Source: a virus
Length of the DNA stretch: 64,000 nucleotides
Direction: 5' to 3' (one strand)
UHGV virus genome: UHGV-1351772
Below are positions 1 to 10,020 of the stretch, piece by piece. Numbering within the stretch: the first letter of the stretch is position 1; each line of letters begins with the position of its first letter. The translations under genes were made by a program, and so were the position numbers. Under the pieces are notes generated by a model. The model had not been told where the DNA came from, ran no database searches, and was given only the letters and a program-made list of their open reading frames with translations.

Positions 1-3000
1 GTTAAGACAGGCGATAAAATGGTGTTAACCTTAACGAAAACCGATTTCGGTATCGATAAGATGGATAACACCATGCCGATCGCTAAACCGGTAACAAAAG
101 CGTTAGCGAATGTGCTGAAAAATAAAAGTGTGAAGGCGCACACGCATACCACTGCCGATTTGGATAATGTCCCGATTGGTAGCGCAACGGTGGACGGTAT
201 CTTACAACTGTGGGATGCGATTGATACCACGAATGATAAAGCCGTCACATCACGCCAAGGGTGGCTGTTCGCAAAAGAGATTAAGAGGGTCTCTGATAAA
301 CTGAATACCCTCTTGCCCGCATGGACAACGGCCGGGAGCAAATATACCAACAATTCGATATTGCCGATCTTGTCGATGGGTAATTACGAAGGTTATGGTA
401 AAAACATGGATGCGCTCCAGATGGTTATAGGGGTACAACAAGGTAAGCTTTATGCTTTAATTAGCTCTAAATCCGCCCTTCCGGGAACTGAGGGTATTTA
501 TTACGCTGTTGCTGGGTTAAAAAACGACAAAAGTCTCGGTGAAATTTACAAAACAACTTTCCGTTATAAGCCGAAAGGGTTAGAGACGAATTATCCGGGG
601 GTGGAATTAAAAGAAATTACCGTTACTGGTACCGAAGCATTTATAGCGAAGGGCAGCGACGATAATTATTATTTAGTTAAACTGAACGGTTCAATGGATT
701 ACAGCAAACATACCGATGTCAGGTTGGTAACTTTCTCAGAATTTGTTTCAGAAACAACATGGGAATTTGTGCCTAATATGTTCATGGATCGTGTGGTCAT
801 AGCCGATAACGGTGTCTATGTTTTGCGTACGATGCTAATGGCCGATCTGAAAAACAATACTCTGGTGGACTACATTAAGGATACCCCACAACCCATGTTC
901 CGTGTTGGGTTATTGCGGCTTAATAAAACCGATCGGTTTGAACAGGTTGATTTAAGGTCTACACGAAAAATCGGTAAGTGTGCCGATTTGGTTGAACCTG
1001 GCGCGTTCGATGTAGATAATCCGAATACGAAGCGCCTTGCCTACTTCACTGCGGAAGGCAAGGCGCTGTGGACAGTGAATTTACAATTAACTAGAGGGTC
1101 GTCAAGATGGATAACGCCCGTTGTTAAGGACGGTCACTTGTTAACCGTCGGCGTGTCTGGCGTTTGTCTTGGTTTTTCTTCAACGAAAGGTACCACGTTC
1201 GGGCCATGGAATGGTGCTTATCGTCTTGACCTATTAACCGGGGAGGTTGGGTTAGAGACAACTAACGTCTTCCCAATCAAAATCGATACTACAGGCTGTT
1301 ACTTAAAAGACGGAACAAAAATAGAGCTGAAATGGAAATGGGCTACTCGAAGTTCTGGCTATATGGCCGACAATAGAATCTGTGTCGGTGATATGGTTTA
1401 TTCTTGCTGCTGTTCGACAGAAAAACAACTCGCACCATCTCTCCATTACCAGAAACTCCCAGAAGGGGTTAGTTATCTGGACTATGTTAAGTTGAGTGTG
1501 GGGTATGAGGGGCAATCTACGTTTGAATATCGGATAAACCCTGTGGTGGGTTCGGTGTGGAAACCGTCTATGACCTTCCCATTGTTCTTCCCAGGAACAA
1601 ACAAAGTATGGCTTAAACATCAAAAAACGGCTTATTTCATTGAAGCCGAATATGATAAAAATACGACTTACGGTTATCCTGGATACGGTGGTTTTGGACC
1701 AACATCCCGCCGTGTTGAAAAAACAGCGAACGAATACGGCATATTGACAAATATACCGCTGGTTGTTACGCCAGACATACCGAAAGGTCTACTAGATGGG
1801 GCTTACTTTATCGGTGCTGAAAGTAAACCATGTAAAGTTGTTTACGGTACCACTACGGTGGCTAGTGATCGGTTGTCTATCGATGCGGCAGAATGGGCGA
1901 AGTTGACTAATATTGTTCAGTCCAGCCAGTTCTCTGGGGCTTCTAACGGCAACGCCTATGAGCGGATTAGCGTAGCTAAGACCAAAAAGAACAACTACAG
2001 TTTGTCCTTTTGGGTGCTTGGTCAAACGATGTCTGGTGGTCCGCTTTGTATCGCGATAGTGAGTCTTATCTATAAAGACACTGACGGGGTAAATAAGTTT
2101 GCTTTTTACTTCTTTCAGGTAAAACCGACTATAACCAACGGGGTCATAAGGTTCGTTAGTTCGGAAGCGAGAATGATGACGTTCAGGGAAAAAGTGGCCA
2201 GTAACGCCATTAATCTCTCACCCACAGCTTTTAATGGTGAACTTAAACAACGCTACGGTCAAGTTTTCCTTTATTCGCAAGACGGACAAAAGTTCAGATT
2301 CTCAATACATAACCTGGTTGGCGGGAATCTTGTAGGATCAGAGATTTCTTTTGCTTTTGGGATAAACTTGACTAAAAAAGGAGAATGGTTTACCGGCGAA
2401 ATTCATCGGGCGCGGGGCTATACGTATACGCTGAATAATACATCTGAAGTCTATATACCCGATCTCTCGGGCATCGCGCTATTGACTTGTAACTCGGAAG
2501 ATTTAAACGAGTTGTATCTCGGTGGCGAACAGTATAGAATCTCTGATTTGTTTAACAAAAAATATACTGTTATCGATAAGATTATTATTGGCGGCGTACA
2601 AACACAGAGCGGTTGGAATTTCTATCTGACGGAGGAAACCGAGTTAAGTTTTGGAAATAAAAGATATACCGTTCCAAGATGGTCCGTTGATTTAAGCGAT
2701 GAATTCCCGACTAATCACGCTAACCAGACATTCTACGTTTATGCTGAAGTGGTCGGTTCTACTGCCCAATACCGCATCGGTTTAGAGCAGTTAGCTGATA
2801 CCTCGTCGAGACTGTTTGTTGGGACAGTAACCACTGATTCGAACCGTATTACGGATATCAGTATCGATAAAGTAAAACGGTTAGGTCGTGTAAAAGAGCT
2901 GGAAAATCATGCCTCGGTTGTTGATCAGCACGATGTGGCGCAGGCGTTCGACAGGAAAACTGGTCCACTATTAACAGTGGTTAATAAACCCGTTAAAGCC

Positions 3001-3876
3001 ATTACAGCATCTGCGAGCAAGGGTGCTGGGTATGTCGATGGTCAGAAATGGAATACGTTGTCCGGGATTACAACACGTTCCAGGTTGCCGGTACAGGAAA
3101 CCTATTCAGGTTATAAAAGTATCAGCAGGGTGGCGTATGAGAACTGCGCTGACCAGTTCTGGCAGAAAGCGGTTGCTGCGAACGTTGCAGCGGCTACTGC
3201 TTCTGAGAACAAACAAGCAGCAACCGCGAACATGAAGTGGTTGGGTGCGTATACGAAACCGACTACCGGCGAGTATGCATATCTGGCATTGAGTCTGCGT
3301 GTTAAAGTACCTGGCGATCCTGGTACTACTAACCGTCGACTGAAAATCAGGCTTGCGGCCCCGACAGGTATAACTCAAGTTCGTTACGGGCTAAATCAGT
3401 CTGGTGGTACGATGACTGAACAGACAGTAACGCTAACTGCTAACAGTTACTTGGAAAAAGAACACGCGGGATTTAAGCCAGCTGAAGAAGTCCGCCTTCA
3501 TGCTACGTTTGTCATTCCAAAAAATGAATACGATAGCTACCGGACCAAATTTGGTGCTGTTCAGCTGATTGACGTTGAGACGAACACTGTCATTAAACAG
3601 ACAGATATCGACACACCGTTTATCGTGTACACCGCCACGGAGTTAGCGGCACAATCTGGTTTGGTGTATAAAGCGGTTAAGGGTCAGTTCCATCAACTCC
3701 CGGCTCAACCTGTCGTCATTGTAACCGATGGACAGACAGGGACTACGCCACCGGTGAAAACCTCGTTTGCTGACGGGACATTAACGGTCTACGTGGCAAC
3801 CACGTACGACGCGGTTAACCCAGCACAAACCCGCGATATCGATAAGCTCCAGTTCAATCTTATGTTTACATCTTAA
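1..3876 (+). CDS. large virion fibre/structural protein, 5' end probably outside the window
   Basis: Frame is open from nt 1 (no stop before the ATG at 19); >1285 aa; lies directly upstream of a coiled-coil fibre gene; no catalytic motif recognised. Confidence 0.5.
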   Translation, partial: VKTGDKMVLTLTKTDFGIDKMDNTMPIAKPVTKALANVLKNKSVKAHTHTTADLDNVPIGSATVDGILQLWDAIDTTNDKAVTSRQGWLFAKEIKRVSDKLNTLLPAWTTAGSKYTNNSILPILSMGNYEGYGKNMDALQMVIGVQQGKLYALISSKSALPGTEGIYYAVAGLKNDKSLGEIYKTTFRYKPKGLETNYPGVELKEITVTGTEAFIAKGSDDNYYLVKLNGSMDYSKHTDVRLVTFSEFVSETTWEFVPNMFMDRVVIADNGVYVLRTMLMADLKNNTLVDYIKDTPQPMFRVGLLRLNKTDRFEQVDLRSTRKIGKCADLVEPGAFDVDNPNTKRLAYFTAEGKALWTVNLQLTRGSSRWITPVVKDGHLLTVGVSGVCLGFSSTKGTTFGPWNGAYRLDLLTGEVGLETTNVFPIKIDTTGCYLKDGTKIELKWKWATRSSGYMADNRICVGDMVYSCCCSTEKQLAPSLHYQKLPEGVSYLDYVKLSVGYEGQSTFEYRINPVVGSVWKPSMTFPLFFPGTNKVWLKHQKTAYFIEAEYDKNTTYGYPGYGGFGPTSRRVEKTANEYGILTNIPLVVTPDIPKGLLDGAYFIGAESKPCKVVYGTTTVASDRLSIDAAEWAKLTNIVQSSQFSGASNGNAYERISVAKTKKNNYSLSFWVLGQTMSGGPLCIAIVSLIYKDTDGVNKFAFYFFQVKPTITNGVIRFVSSEARMMTFREKVASNAINLSPTAFNGELKQRYGQVFLYSQDGQKFRFSIHNLVGGNLVGSEISFAFGINLTKKGEWFTGEIHRARGYTYTLNNTSEVYIPDLSGIALLTCNSEDLNELYLGGEQYRISDLFNKKYTVIDKIIIGGVQTQSGWNFYLTEETELSFGNKRYTVPRWSVDLSDEFPTNHANQTFYVYAEVVGSTAQYRIGLEQLADTSSRLFVGTVTTDSNRITDISIDKVKRLGRVKELENHASVVDQHDVAQAFDRKTGPLLTVVNKPVKAITASASKGAGYVDGQKWNTLSGITTRSRLPVQETYSGYKSISRVAYENCADQFWQKAVAANVAAATASENKQAATANMKWLGAYTKPTTGEYAYLALSLRVKVPGDPGTTNRRLKIRLAAPTGITQVRYGLNQSGGTMTEQTVTLTANSYLEKEHAGFKPAEEVRLHATFVIPKNEYDSYRTKFGAVQLIDVETNTVIKQTDIDTPFIVYTATELAAQSGLVYKAVKGQFHQLPAQPVVIVTDGQTGTTPPVKTSFADGTLTVYVATTYDAVNPAQTRDIDKLQFNLMFTS

Positions 3877-3916
3877 CGCCACGGGACAAGGACGTCTCGG
3901 ATTAAGGAGAGTGGCC

Positions 3917-5116
3917 ATGGCCTCCATTGTATACCAATACCCTTTAGATTTAACGGGAAGCCTAACCTCTAACGCCGTGGAGCGTCAGATTACGTTAGGT
4001 ACAGGTAAAGTTAACCGTGCGTTTGCTTTTCCTGACGGACCGTTTTATGCTGATACGTTCCGCTTGCGGGTTGCTAACCGACCCGATGCGACGTATGAGC
4101 GCGGAACGGACTACGAGTTGATTTTTGCACACCCGGCTTACGAGAAATTGACGAAGAACCGGGAAGTGGTAATGGCGGTTGTTGTAACGAACACCGCGAT
4201 TCCGACCGATATCACGGTATCAGCGCAAGTAGTCGGGGGCCCGCAGTCGGCAAACGTGCCCGCGATAGAACAGGCGATTGCCGAGCTGAATCTCGATAAT
4301 CGAACTGTTGGCTTTAAAGACTTGCGAAATGTTCCTGATACATTTCCTTCGGCACCAACGTATAAAGACGTCGGCGATATTTACGGCTTCGAATACATTA
4401 TTACGGTGCTCGCTGGCATCAAAGATGCGATAACGGCGGGCGATGCTGTACAGCTTGAGAACATCAAAGCGATTCTCGAAAGCCTGAAAAACGATTTCCT
4501 GGACGCGCTGAACGCGCACATTAACGCCACGGGTAACGTCCACCATCTGGATATTCATCAGGTTAACGGGTTAACAGAAACGGAGATCCGTGCACTGATC
4601 CGTGATGTGCAGTCTGCTATCGATGCAACCATTACTGATATTAATGCGTTGAAGAAAGCAGACGAAGCGTTAGGAAAACGTATTGATGCTGTTGTCAAAT
4701 CTTTGGAAGCGTGGAACGACCAACTTAACATCGTTGCCCAAAACTACCAGAAGATGGCACTGGCAATGGCGAATCTAAACTCGCTAGTGTTACAGTTACA
4801 GAAAAATATCAACGATCTGAGCACCAAACTCAACCAAGCGATTCAGCGCATTGCTGCGTTAGAACAACGGGGTAATGAGTCCGATCAGAAAATTGATAAT
4901 CTGCAACAAAACCTGGATGCGCTTAAACAACAGGTTGCGAATAACACGAACGCAATCAGTCAGGCGAATCAGAACCTACAAAACCATATTGCGGCGGATA
5001 ACCCACACACAGGCTATCTCCACAAGAAATACGGTGGTGTGGTTCAGGCTCCGGTGCACGTTAACGCTAACTTGACGTCCCGTGATGACGTTCAGGCAGA
5101 AGCGGGTACGAGATAA
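3917..5116 (+). CDS. fibrous virion protein with a long C-terminal coiled coil (tail-fibre-like)
   Basis: AGGAGA RBS 6 nt before the ATG at 3917 (track start 3911 is GTG flush against the RBS); heptad-like Q/N/L-rich segment (NLQQNLDALKQQVANN...). Confidence 0.5.
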   Translation: MASIVYQYPLDLTGSLTSNAVERQITLGTGKVNRAFAFPDGPFYADTFRLRVANRPDATYERGTDYELIFAHPAYEKLTKNREVVMAVVVTNTAIPTDITVSAQVVGGPQSANVPAIEQAIAELNLDNRTVGFKDLRNVPDTFPSAPTYKDVGDIYGFEYIITVLAGIKDAITAGDAVQLENIKAILESLKNDFLDALNAHINATGNVHHLDIHQVNGLTETEIRALIRDVQSAIDATITDINALKKADEALGKRIDAVVKSLEAWNDQLNIVAQNYQKMALAMANLNSLVLQLQKNINDLSTKLNQAIQRIAALEQRGNESDQKIDNLQQNLDALKQQVANNTNAISQANQNLQNHIAADNPHTGYLHKKYGGVVQAPVHVNANLTSRDDVQAEAGTR

Positions 5117-5183
5117 CTTTATTACAGGAGGAACTATGCTTATGGGCGTAGTCCTCCATTCTTTTTTATTTTAAGGATACGTG

Positions 5184-5579
5184 ATGGCGATCAGTGTTAA
5201 AAATGTACGTGACCGAATCACCAACGTAGAGAACCAAATGGCAACTGGCCCACGTGTTGATCCGCAAGTTGCGTCGAAAGCACATAATGCCGCCGACACT
5301 TTTTCGGGTTGGACGCCAAGTCGGTTAGACTGCGGGGGGAGTTGCAGCTGGACGTGCTCAAACGGTTGTACGCATGGCTGTACGAGTTGTTCGGGCACCT
5401 GTACGTCAGTGTGTGTAGGTAGCTGCTCCTCTGCGTGCGGTAACCAGTGTACTGGATGTAGTTCAACATGTTCCGGTGGGTGTTCTGGTTGCAGTGGGAC
5501 CTGTGGGGGCGCTTGCTCGGGCCGTTGTTCTACGGGTTGTTCTGGTGCTTGCTCTGGTGGCTGTTCTGGCCCAACCTAA
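5184..5579 (+). CDS. Cys-rich precursor-like peptide 1 (leader plus about 80-aa Cys-periodic core)
   Basis: AAGGA RBS then ATG at 5184; about 50-aa Cys-free leader, then DCGGSCSWTCS followed by C-x3-C repeats of small residues (about 21 Cys). Confidence 0.6.
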   Translation: MAISVKNVRDRITNVENQMATGPRVDPQVASKAHNAADTFSGWTPSRLDCGGSCSWTCSNGCTHGCTSCSGTCTSVCVGSCSSACGNQCTGCSSTCSGGCSGCSGTCGGACSGRCSTGCSGACSGGCSGPT

Positions 5580-5589
5580 GAGGTGAAAA

Positions 5590-5988
5590 ATGGCAATTGG
5601 ATTACCTGCGCTACAAGCGCGGCTAAATAACATTGACAACACTGCATTGAAGAATACGGGTGCAGTACAAAACTATATTCGTGGGAAAGCGACGAACAAC
5701 GCAGACTTATTCGGTGGGCAAGCTCGCAACCACTATGACTGTGGTGGGAGCTGTAGCTGGACCTGTTCGAGCTGTTCTGGTGGTTGTACAGGGAACGCAT
5801 CAGGCGGCTGTGGTTCTTCCTGTTCTGCAAACTGTGTATCAGGTTGTAGTGCAGGCTGTAGTGGATGTTCGAATACCTGTTCTGGTGGGTGTTCAGGAAG
5901 CTGTACGGGGAGTTGTTCTAACTCGTGTGTAGGAAACTGTTCTGCAGGCTGCTCAGGTAGTTGTTCTGGTGGGTGTTCTGGGAGGTAA
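5590..5988 (+). CDS. Cys-rich precursor-like peptide 2 (paralog of peptide 1)
   Basis: AAGAGGTGA RBS; same architecture with conserved DCGGSCSWTCS junction and CSGx repeats. Confidence 0.6.
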   Translation: MAIGLPALQARLNNIDNTALKNTGAVQNYIRGKATNNADLFGGQARNHYDCGGSCSWTCSSCSGGCTGNASGGCGSSCSANCVSGCSAGCSGCSNTCSGGCSGSCTGSCSNSCVGNCSAGCSGSCSGGCSGR

Positions 5989-5990
5989 TT

Positions 5991-6197
5991 GTGATTAGCC
6001 TTAAGAACCTTCGTGATCGGTTAGTAACAGCGGAAGGGTATATTACGACCGCTAACGCAAACAACTATATTGCAAACCAGGGCACCGTGTCCTCAACCAA
6101 CAACCTTGCCGGTTTACCTTTAAGCCATTATAACTGTAACGGCGGATGTAGCTGGTCGTGCAGTGGTAGCTGTAGTAAAGGTGCGGGGGGAAGGTAA
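5991..6197 (+). CDS. Cys-rich precursor-like peptide 3 (short paralog, GTG start)
   Basis: GGAGGT RBS overlapping the stop of peptide 2; in-frame GTG at 5991; leader ISLKNLRDRL resembles peptide 1 leader ISVKNVRDRI; core NCNGGCSWSCSGSCS. Confidence 0.45.
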   Translation: MISLKNLRDRLVTAEGYITTANANNYIANQGTVSSTNNLAGLPLSHYNCNGGCSWSCSGSCSKGAGGR

Positions 6198-6346
6198 CTA
6201 AGCCCTCCAGTGGTAGTATGTCTATTACGCAATACCCGAGTTAATCGTACGGGTTTACTGCTGAGTTTCAAGTCACCGGTAGGCAATGGCGCGGTGGGTT
6301 CTATACCCTGAATGTCCGTTTGACCGTGAAATAAATGGAGCAATCA

Positions 6347-7234
6347 ATGAAGAATGATTTACATTTAGCGTACAAAACAATTTTCAATCATCCACTTCAC
6401 ATTTCTTCCCCTGATTCCGTACGTGCACACTTAGCAGATGAAGTTCGTCTGCTGACTCAGTTGCCGGGCGAATGGCCTAAAGTGCGCGGACGTTTCTTTA
6501 CCGATCGTAAAAACTATCGTGTAGAAAATACGTTTAAGATTCGTGATCTGACGGCAGAAAGTGTAGTGGTCTTTACCGGTGACTCCGAGTTGCGTGGTAA
6601 ACTGGTTGCGGGTAAATATTTCTTTAGTGACGGGATTTTGAATAACTCCGTAGATATGGAATTGTTCTTTACCCCATTTGAAGAAATGGGCGCAAAACCG
6701 GTTGCCCGTCGTTGGTGGTCACCGGATTACTTAGGCTCGTTCCCGTATTTCTTTACCCTGGTAACACCAGAAACGAAGAACTATTTCGATACGGAATCGT
6801 ATATCGAAATTGAAGGGTACGAAGCGTTAGGGATTAATTGCTTAGCGGATTTAATGGCGTATAGCTATAAGTTCGTGTGGGATCGTGAACGTTCCGTGTG
6901 GGTTGCCCTGACGGATGAACACGAAATCACAAAACGCATCCGTAAGCCTTGGATGCAGCATTTGATTCAAACACGTATTGGCGAGCATCCGTCAACAGAA
7001 GCGGATCTGGCAAAACTCGTTAGTTTCTTAATGACGAAAGTCACGTTAACTGACGAAGAGAAAGCAGCAGTGTCGGCGGTGTTGGACCGTAACGTAACGT
7101 TAGCGGATTTAGAACGTTTAAATGTCCGTTATAAAGACCTTAACCGTATTTTGGAAGCGTATAACTCTCCATTTTTGTTAACCCCTGGTGCTAACGTAGA
7201 CGACGATCCTTTGTTCGCCATTGATTATATTTAA
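6347..7234 (+). CDS. hypothetical protein, member of the Cys-peptide/radical-SAM operon
   Basis: GGAG RBS before the ATG at 6347 (track start 6335); co-oriented between precursors and rSAM genes; no motif recognised. Confidence 0.55.
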   Translation: MKNDLHLAYKTIFNHPLHISSPDSVRAHLADEVRLLTQLPGEWPKVRGRFFTDRKNYRVENTFKIRDLTAESVVVFTGDSELRGKLVAGKYFFSDGILNNSVDMELFFTPFEEMGAKPVARRWWSPDYLGSFPYFFTLVTPETKNYFDTESYIEIEGYEALGINCLADLMAYSYKFVWDRERSVWVALTDEHEITKRIRKPWMQHLIQTRIGEHPSTEADLAKLVSFLMTKVTLTDEEKAAVSAVLDRNVTLADLERLNVRYKDLNRILEAYNSPFLLTPGANVDDDPLFAIDYI

Positions 7235-7255
7235 AAACGACCGGAGTCACCTGCA

Positions 7256-8179
7256 ATGACAACCAATGCAGAACCAAGGTTATCGAATCGTTTATACGAT
7301 AAACCCACCGTATTGTCCGTAGTCGCTACGTCCAAGTGTAACCTGGACTGTAGCTTCTGCGGTGGAGCCTATTACATGAATCGTGAAGATTCTCCGCGAG
7401 AGTTTCAACGTGAGCGAATTTTGGAAGCGCTGGAAGCTAATCCAACCATTACCGAAATTCAGTGGACGGGTGGTGAGCCATTACTGGCAACCCGTAAAAT
7501 TGAGGCGTTTGTTGACGAATTAAAAGTGATTCGTCCAGAACTCAAACACCAGTTGTATACCAATGGCTTAAAGATGCGTAAATCGCATCTCCCGTTGCTA
7601 AAACAGTTTGACAATGTCTACGTTAGCATCGATGGGTTTAAGTCGTCTGAGCGCCCGTTTATGCGCTTTATTGACGAAGGCTGTTACGAAGCACTGGAAA
7701 CGATCTACGAGCTGGATAATGTCCAGACTTGGGGTGTCCTGACACGGGACCGTTTAGGGGATAAACGCTGGCACGAAGATATTATTCAGCTGCACAGCGC
7801 GATTTACCATTACGGTTTCCGTGCAATGACGTTACTCTTAGATGCGAAAATGCCAAAACCTTTATCGCCCGACCACGTCATGAACTTTATTTACGGCTAC
7901 TATCAGGTTCAGGACAACATTGAACGACTGAATGTAGTAAATGGTCGTGAATGCGGCTTTACAGTAAGTAAAGTGTTTGAAGAAGGGTGTAACGTTTGCA
8001 GCGAAAGTCTTTGGATTAATGCAGACGGTGGTGAGCACCAACTCCAGAATGCACCTAACGTTCTGGAATCGGGGTGTAACCAACTGGCCTTCTCTATCGG
8101 TGTAGAAGCGTACGAATATATTCGTCGCGTAGTGATGGCAGGGCGTAATAGAGGGGCGGCAAATGAGTCAAGTAAATGA
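7256..8179 (+). CDS. radical SAM enzyme (putative peptide maturase)
   Basis: C-x3-C-x2-C (CNLDCSFC) near the N-terminus, GGEPLL SAM-binding motif, extra C-terminal Cys (CGF...C-x2-C...C) suggesting a twitch/SPASM-like auxiliary cluster. Confidence 0.8.
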   Translation: MTTNAEPRLSNRLYDKPTVLSVVATSKCNLDCSFCGGAYYMNREDSPREFQRERILEALEANPTITEIQWTGGEPLLATRKIEAFVDELKVIRPELKHQLYTNGLKMRKSHLPLLKQFDNVYVSIDGFKSSERPFMRFIDEGCYEALETIYELDNVQTWGVLTRDRLGDKRWHEDIIQLHSAIYHYGFRAMTLLLDAKMPKPLSPDHVMNFIYGYYQVQDNIERLNVVNGRECGFTVSKVFEEGCNVCSESLWINADGGEHQLQNAPNVLESGCNQLAFSIGVEAYEYIRRVVMAGRNRGAANESSK

Positions 8180-9485
8180 ATTCCCTAAGCAGTTAACGTA
8201 TCAGATCGTAACCAACCTTTCGTGTAACCTGGACTGCGAATATTGTTACGAACGTAAGTACCCACGTAACAACAAAGCAGCGGATATTGTTGATTTCTTG
8301 CACGCCTGTTTTGAACGTGATAAAAACGAACCGAATGTTGAAGTTATTATCGACATTATCGGTGGTGAACCGTTCATGCAGCCTAAACTGCTGCTGGCTG
8401 CGTTCGAAACCGCTGAGCAGTTGTGCAAAGAACACAACCGTCCGTTTATGTTTAGTATCTCCACGAACGGGACCTTGTTAGATCGTCCGTTGAACCGTGA
8501 GATTGTAGAACGATGGAAAGACAAACTTTCGGTTGGGGTTTCGATTGACGGCTTACCGGAATCCCATGACCGTTATCGTATCTTCACAACGACACGCCAG
8601 GGTTCTTACGAAGCCGCTGTACGTGGCTATAACTACTTAAAAGAGGTTGGCATTGCAGAACTCGGCGTAAAGGCGACCTTTACGTTAGAAACGCTTCCGT
8701 TCTATGCTGCGGGGATGAAGTCATTAATTGACATTACTGGCGGTGGGACAATTTCTGGAAACGTAACTTTCGAAGACGTTATGCCACGTAGCATGGCGAC
8801 GTCAATCGCTTTACAGATGATGGATGTGATAGATTATTGGGTTGAGAAAGGATTACACACCAACCCACGTAATATCTTATCGCACATCATTCCAGAAGGG
8901 TTGGATTTCGATACGATTTGGGAACCGAACTGGCGTGACCAGTTACTGTATAATGACACCGTACGGTTGAACCCAGAACGTTTACGTCCGTTCTGTGGGA
9001 CGTTAACGCACATGACGTGCTTAGGATTTGACCGTAAGATCTTTGGCTGTAACCGCTTTATGTCAACGGTAACGTCGCGTTCTGCGGTGTTTGAGTTGGT
9101 AGGTCGGGAATTCGTCAGTCTGGACAACGGTAAATTGTTAGAAGAGATTCAAACGCAATATACCAACTACCCAGAGACCTGTTTAGGTTGTCCGATGAAA
9201 CACGCTTGTGGTAGCTGCGCGGCGGCTTCTTACGAGAACGGGGAAGGAACGTTAGAAGACCGTAAAGCGTATCACGCTGAACGACGTCAGTGTGGCTGGA
9301 CGACAGCGAAACTGATGGTGGCGGAATACTGGAAACAGAAGATGGGTACGACGTCAGCAAAAGCGTTCCACGACACGAGTATGTGTTATTGTCCACGCTG
9401 TGTTCGTGAACGTGCCCAAAAGGAAAAATTATTAAGAGAAGCCAAAGATGAAACCAATTCTGATCAACAATATTACGAAGCGTAG
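8163..9485 (+). CDS. radical SAM enzyme with C-terminal SPASM-type domain (putative peptide maturase)
   Basis: CNLDCEYC (C-x3-C-x2-C), GGEPF motif, C-terminal CLGCPMKHACGSC (C-x2-C-x5-C-x2-C) plus further Cys; start overlaps the stop of the preceding rSAM gene. Confidence 0.85.
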   Translation: MSQVNEFPKQLTYQIVTNLSCNLDCEYCYERKYPRNNKAADIVDFLHACFERDKNEPNVEVIIDIIGGEPFMQPKLLLAAFETAEQLCKEHNRPFMFSISTNGTLLDRPLNREIVERWKDKLSVGVSIDGLPESHDRYRIFTTTRQGSYEAAVRGYNYLKEVGIAELGVKATFTLETLPFYAAGMKSLIDITGGGTISGNVTFEDVMPRSMATSIALQMMDVIDYWVEKGLHTNPRNILSHIIPEGLDFDTIWEPNWRDQLLYNDTVRLNPERLRPFCGTLTHMTCLGFDRKIFGCNRFMSTVTSRSAVFELVGREFVSLDNGKLLEEIQTQYTNYPETCLGCPMKHACGSCAAASYENGEGTLEDRKAYHAERRQCGWTTAKLMVAEYWKQKMGTTSAKAFHDTSMCYCPRCVRERAQKEKLLREAKDETNSDQQYYEA

Positions 9486-10020
9486 AATTCGACTTCTGGA
9501 TAAGTTTCTGGAAAACAGTAAGCTATTCGGTTGCTATGTGGTGATTAACGGTGAAGATTTTACCGATGACGTAAAACGCTTGCTGATTCGTCACGGTGTG
9601 ACTGTAATCATCCCAATGTACTGCACCGAACTTACTGACCTGTCGGTCGCGGAAATTGAAAAACGTAACCCAGGGTTTGAAGAACGGGTATTGGATTTCC
9701 CACGTCACAAAATTGCGTTTCTACGCCGCTCTTTAAGCGAACCCAGCGCAGAATCTATCACTGTGTTGGCATTGTCCTTCCCCGGCATTACTATCTTCGC
9801 AACACGTAACCCGAACTCACCGATTGATGGGTTTTACGATGAGCGAGAGAAATTTAATACCGTGATTTTTCCTGAGCTAACGCCAGAAGAATGCCAGGGT
9901 ATCCGTATCGATTGGGAATCGGATTTCGACACAAGATTCCGTCATATCGATTTTGAACTGTTAATCGAATTAGGGTTGATTAAAGGAGACGATGAATGTC
10001 TGCTACTGGTGAAGGCTTAA
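9448..10020 (+). CDS. hypothetical protein (operon member)
   Basis: Long ORF whose start overlaps the rSAM-SPASM gene end; no motif recognised. Confidence 0.5.
   Translation: MKPILINNITKRRIRLLDKFLENSKLFGCYVVINGEDFTDDVKRLLIRHGVTVIIPMYCTELTDLSVAEIEKRNPGFEERVLDFPRHKIAFLRRSLSEPSAESITVLALSFPGITIFATRNPNSPIDGFYDEREKFNTVIFPELTPEECQGIRIDWESDFDTRFRHIDFELLIELGLIKGDDECLLLVKA

Noticed and set aside
250-3378. Several 60-110-aa minus-strand ORFs (250..441, 1303..1623, 1792..2025, 3106..3378)
   Set aside because: All are embedded antisense in the large plus-strand structural gene; no RBS or terminator context.
5660-5932. 90-aa alternative-frame ORF inside Cys-rich peptide gene 2
   Set aside because: Out-of-frame overlap produced by the repetitive GC-rich codons; the Cys-periodic frame has the RBS and the conserved junction.
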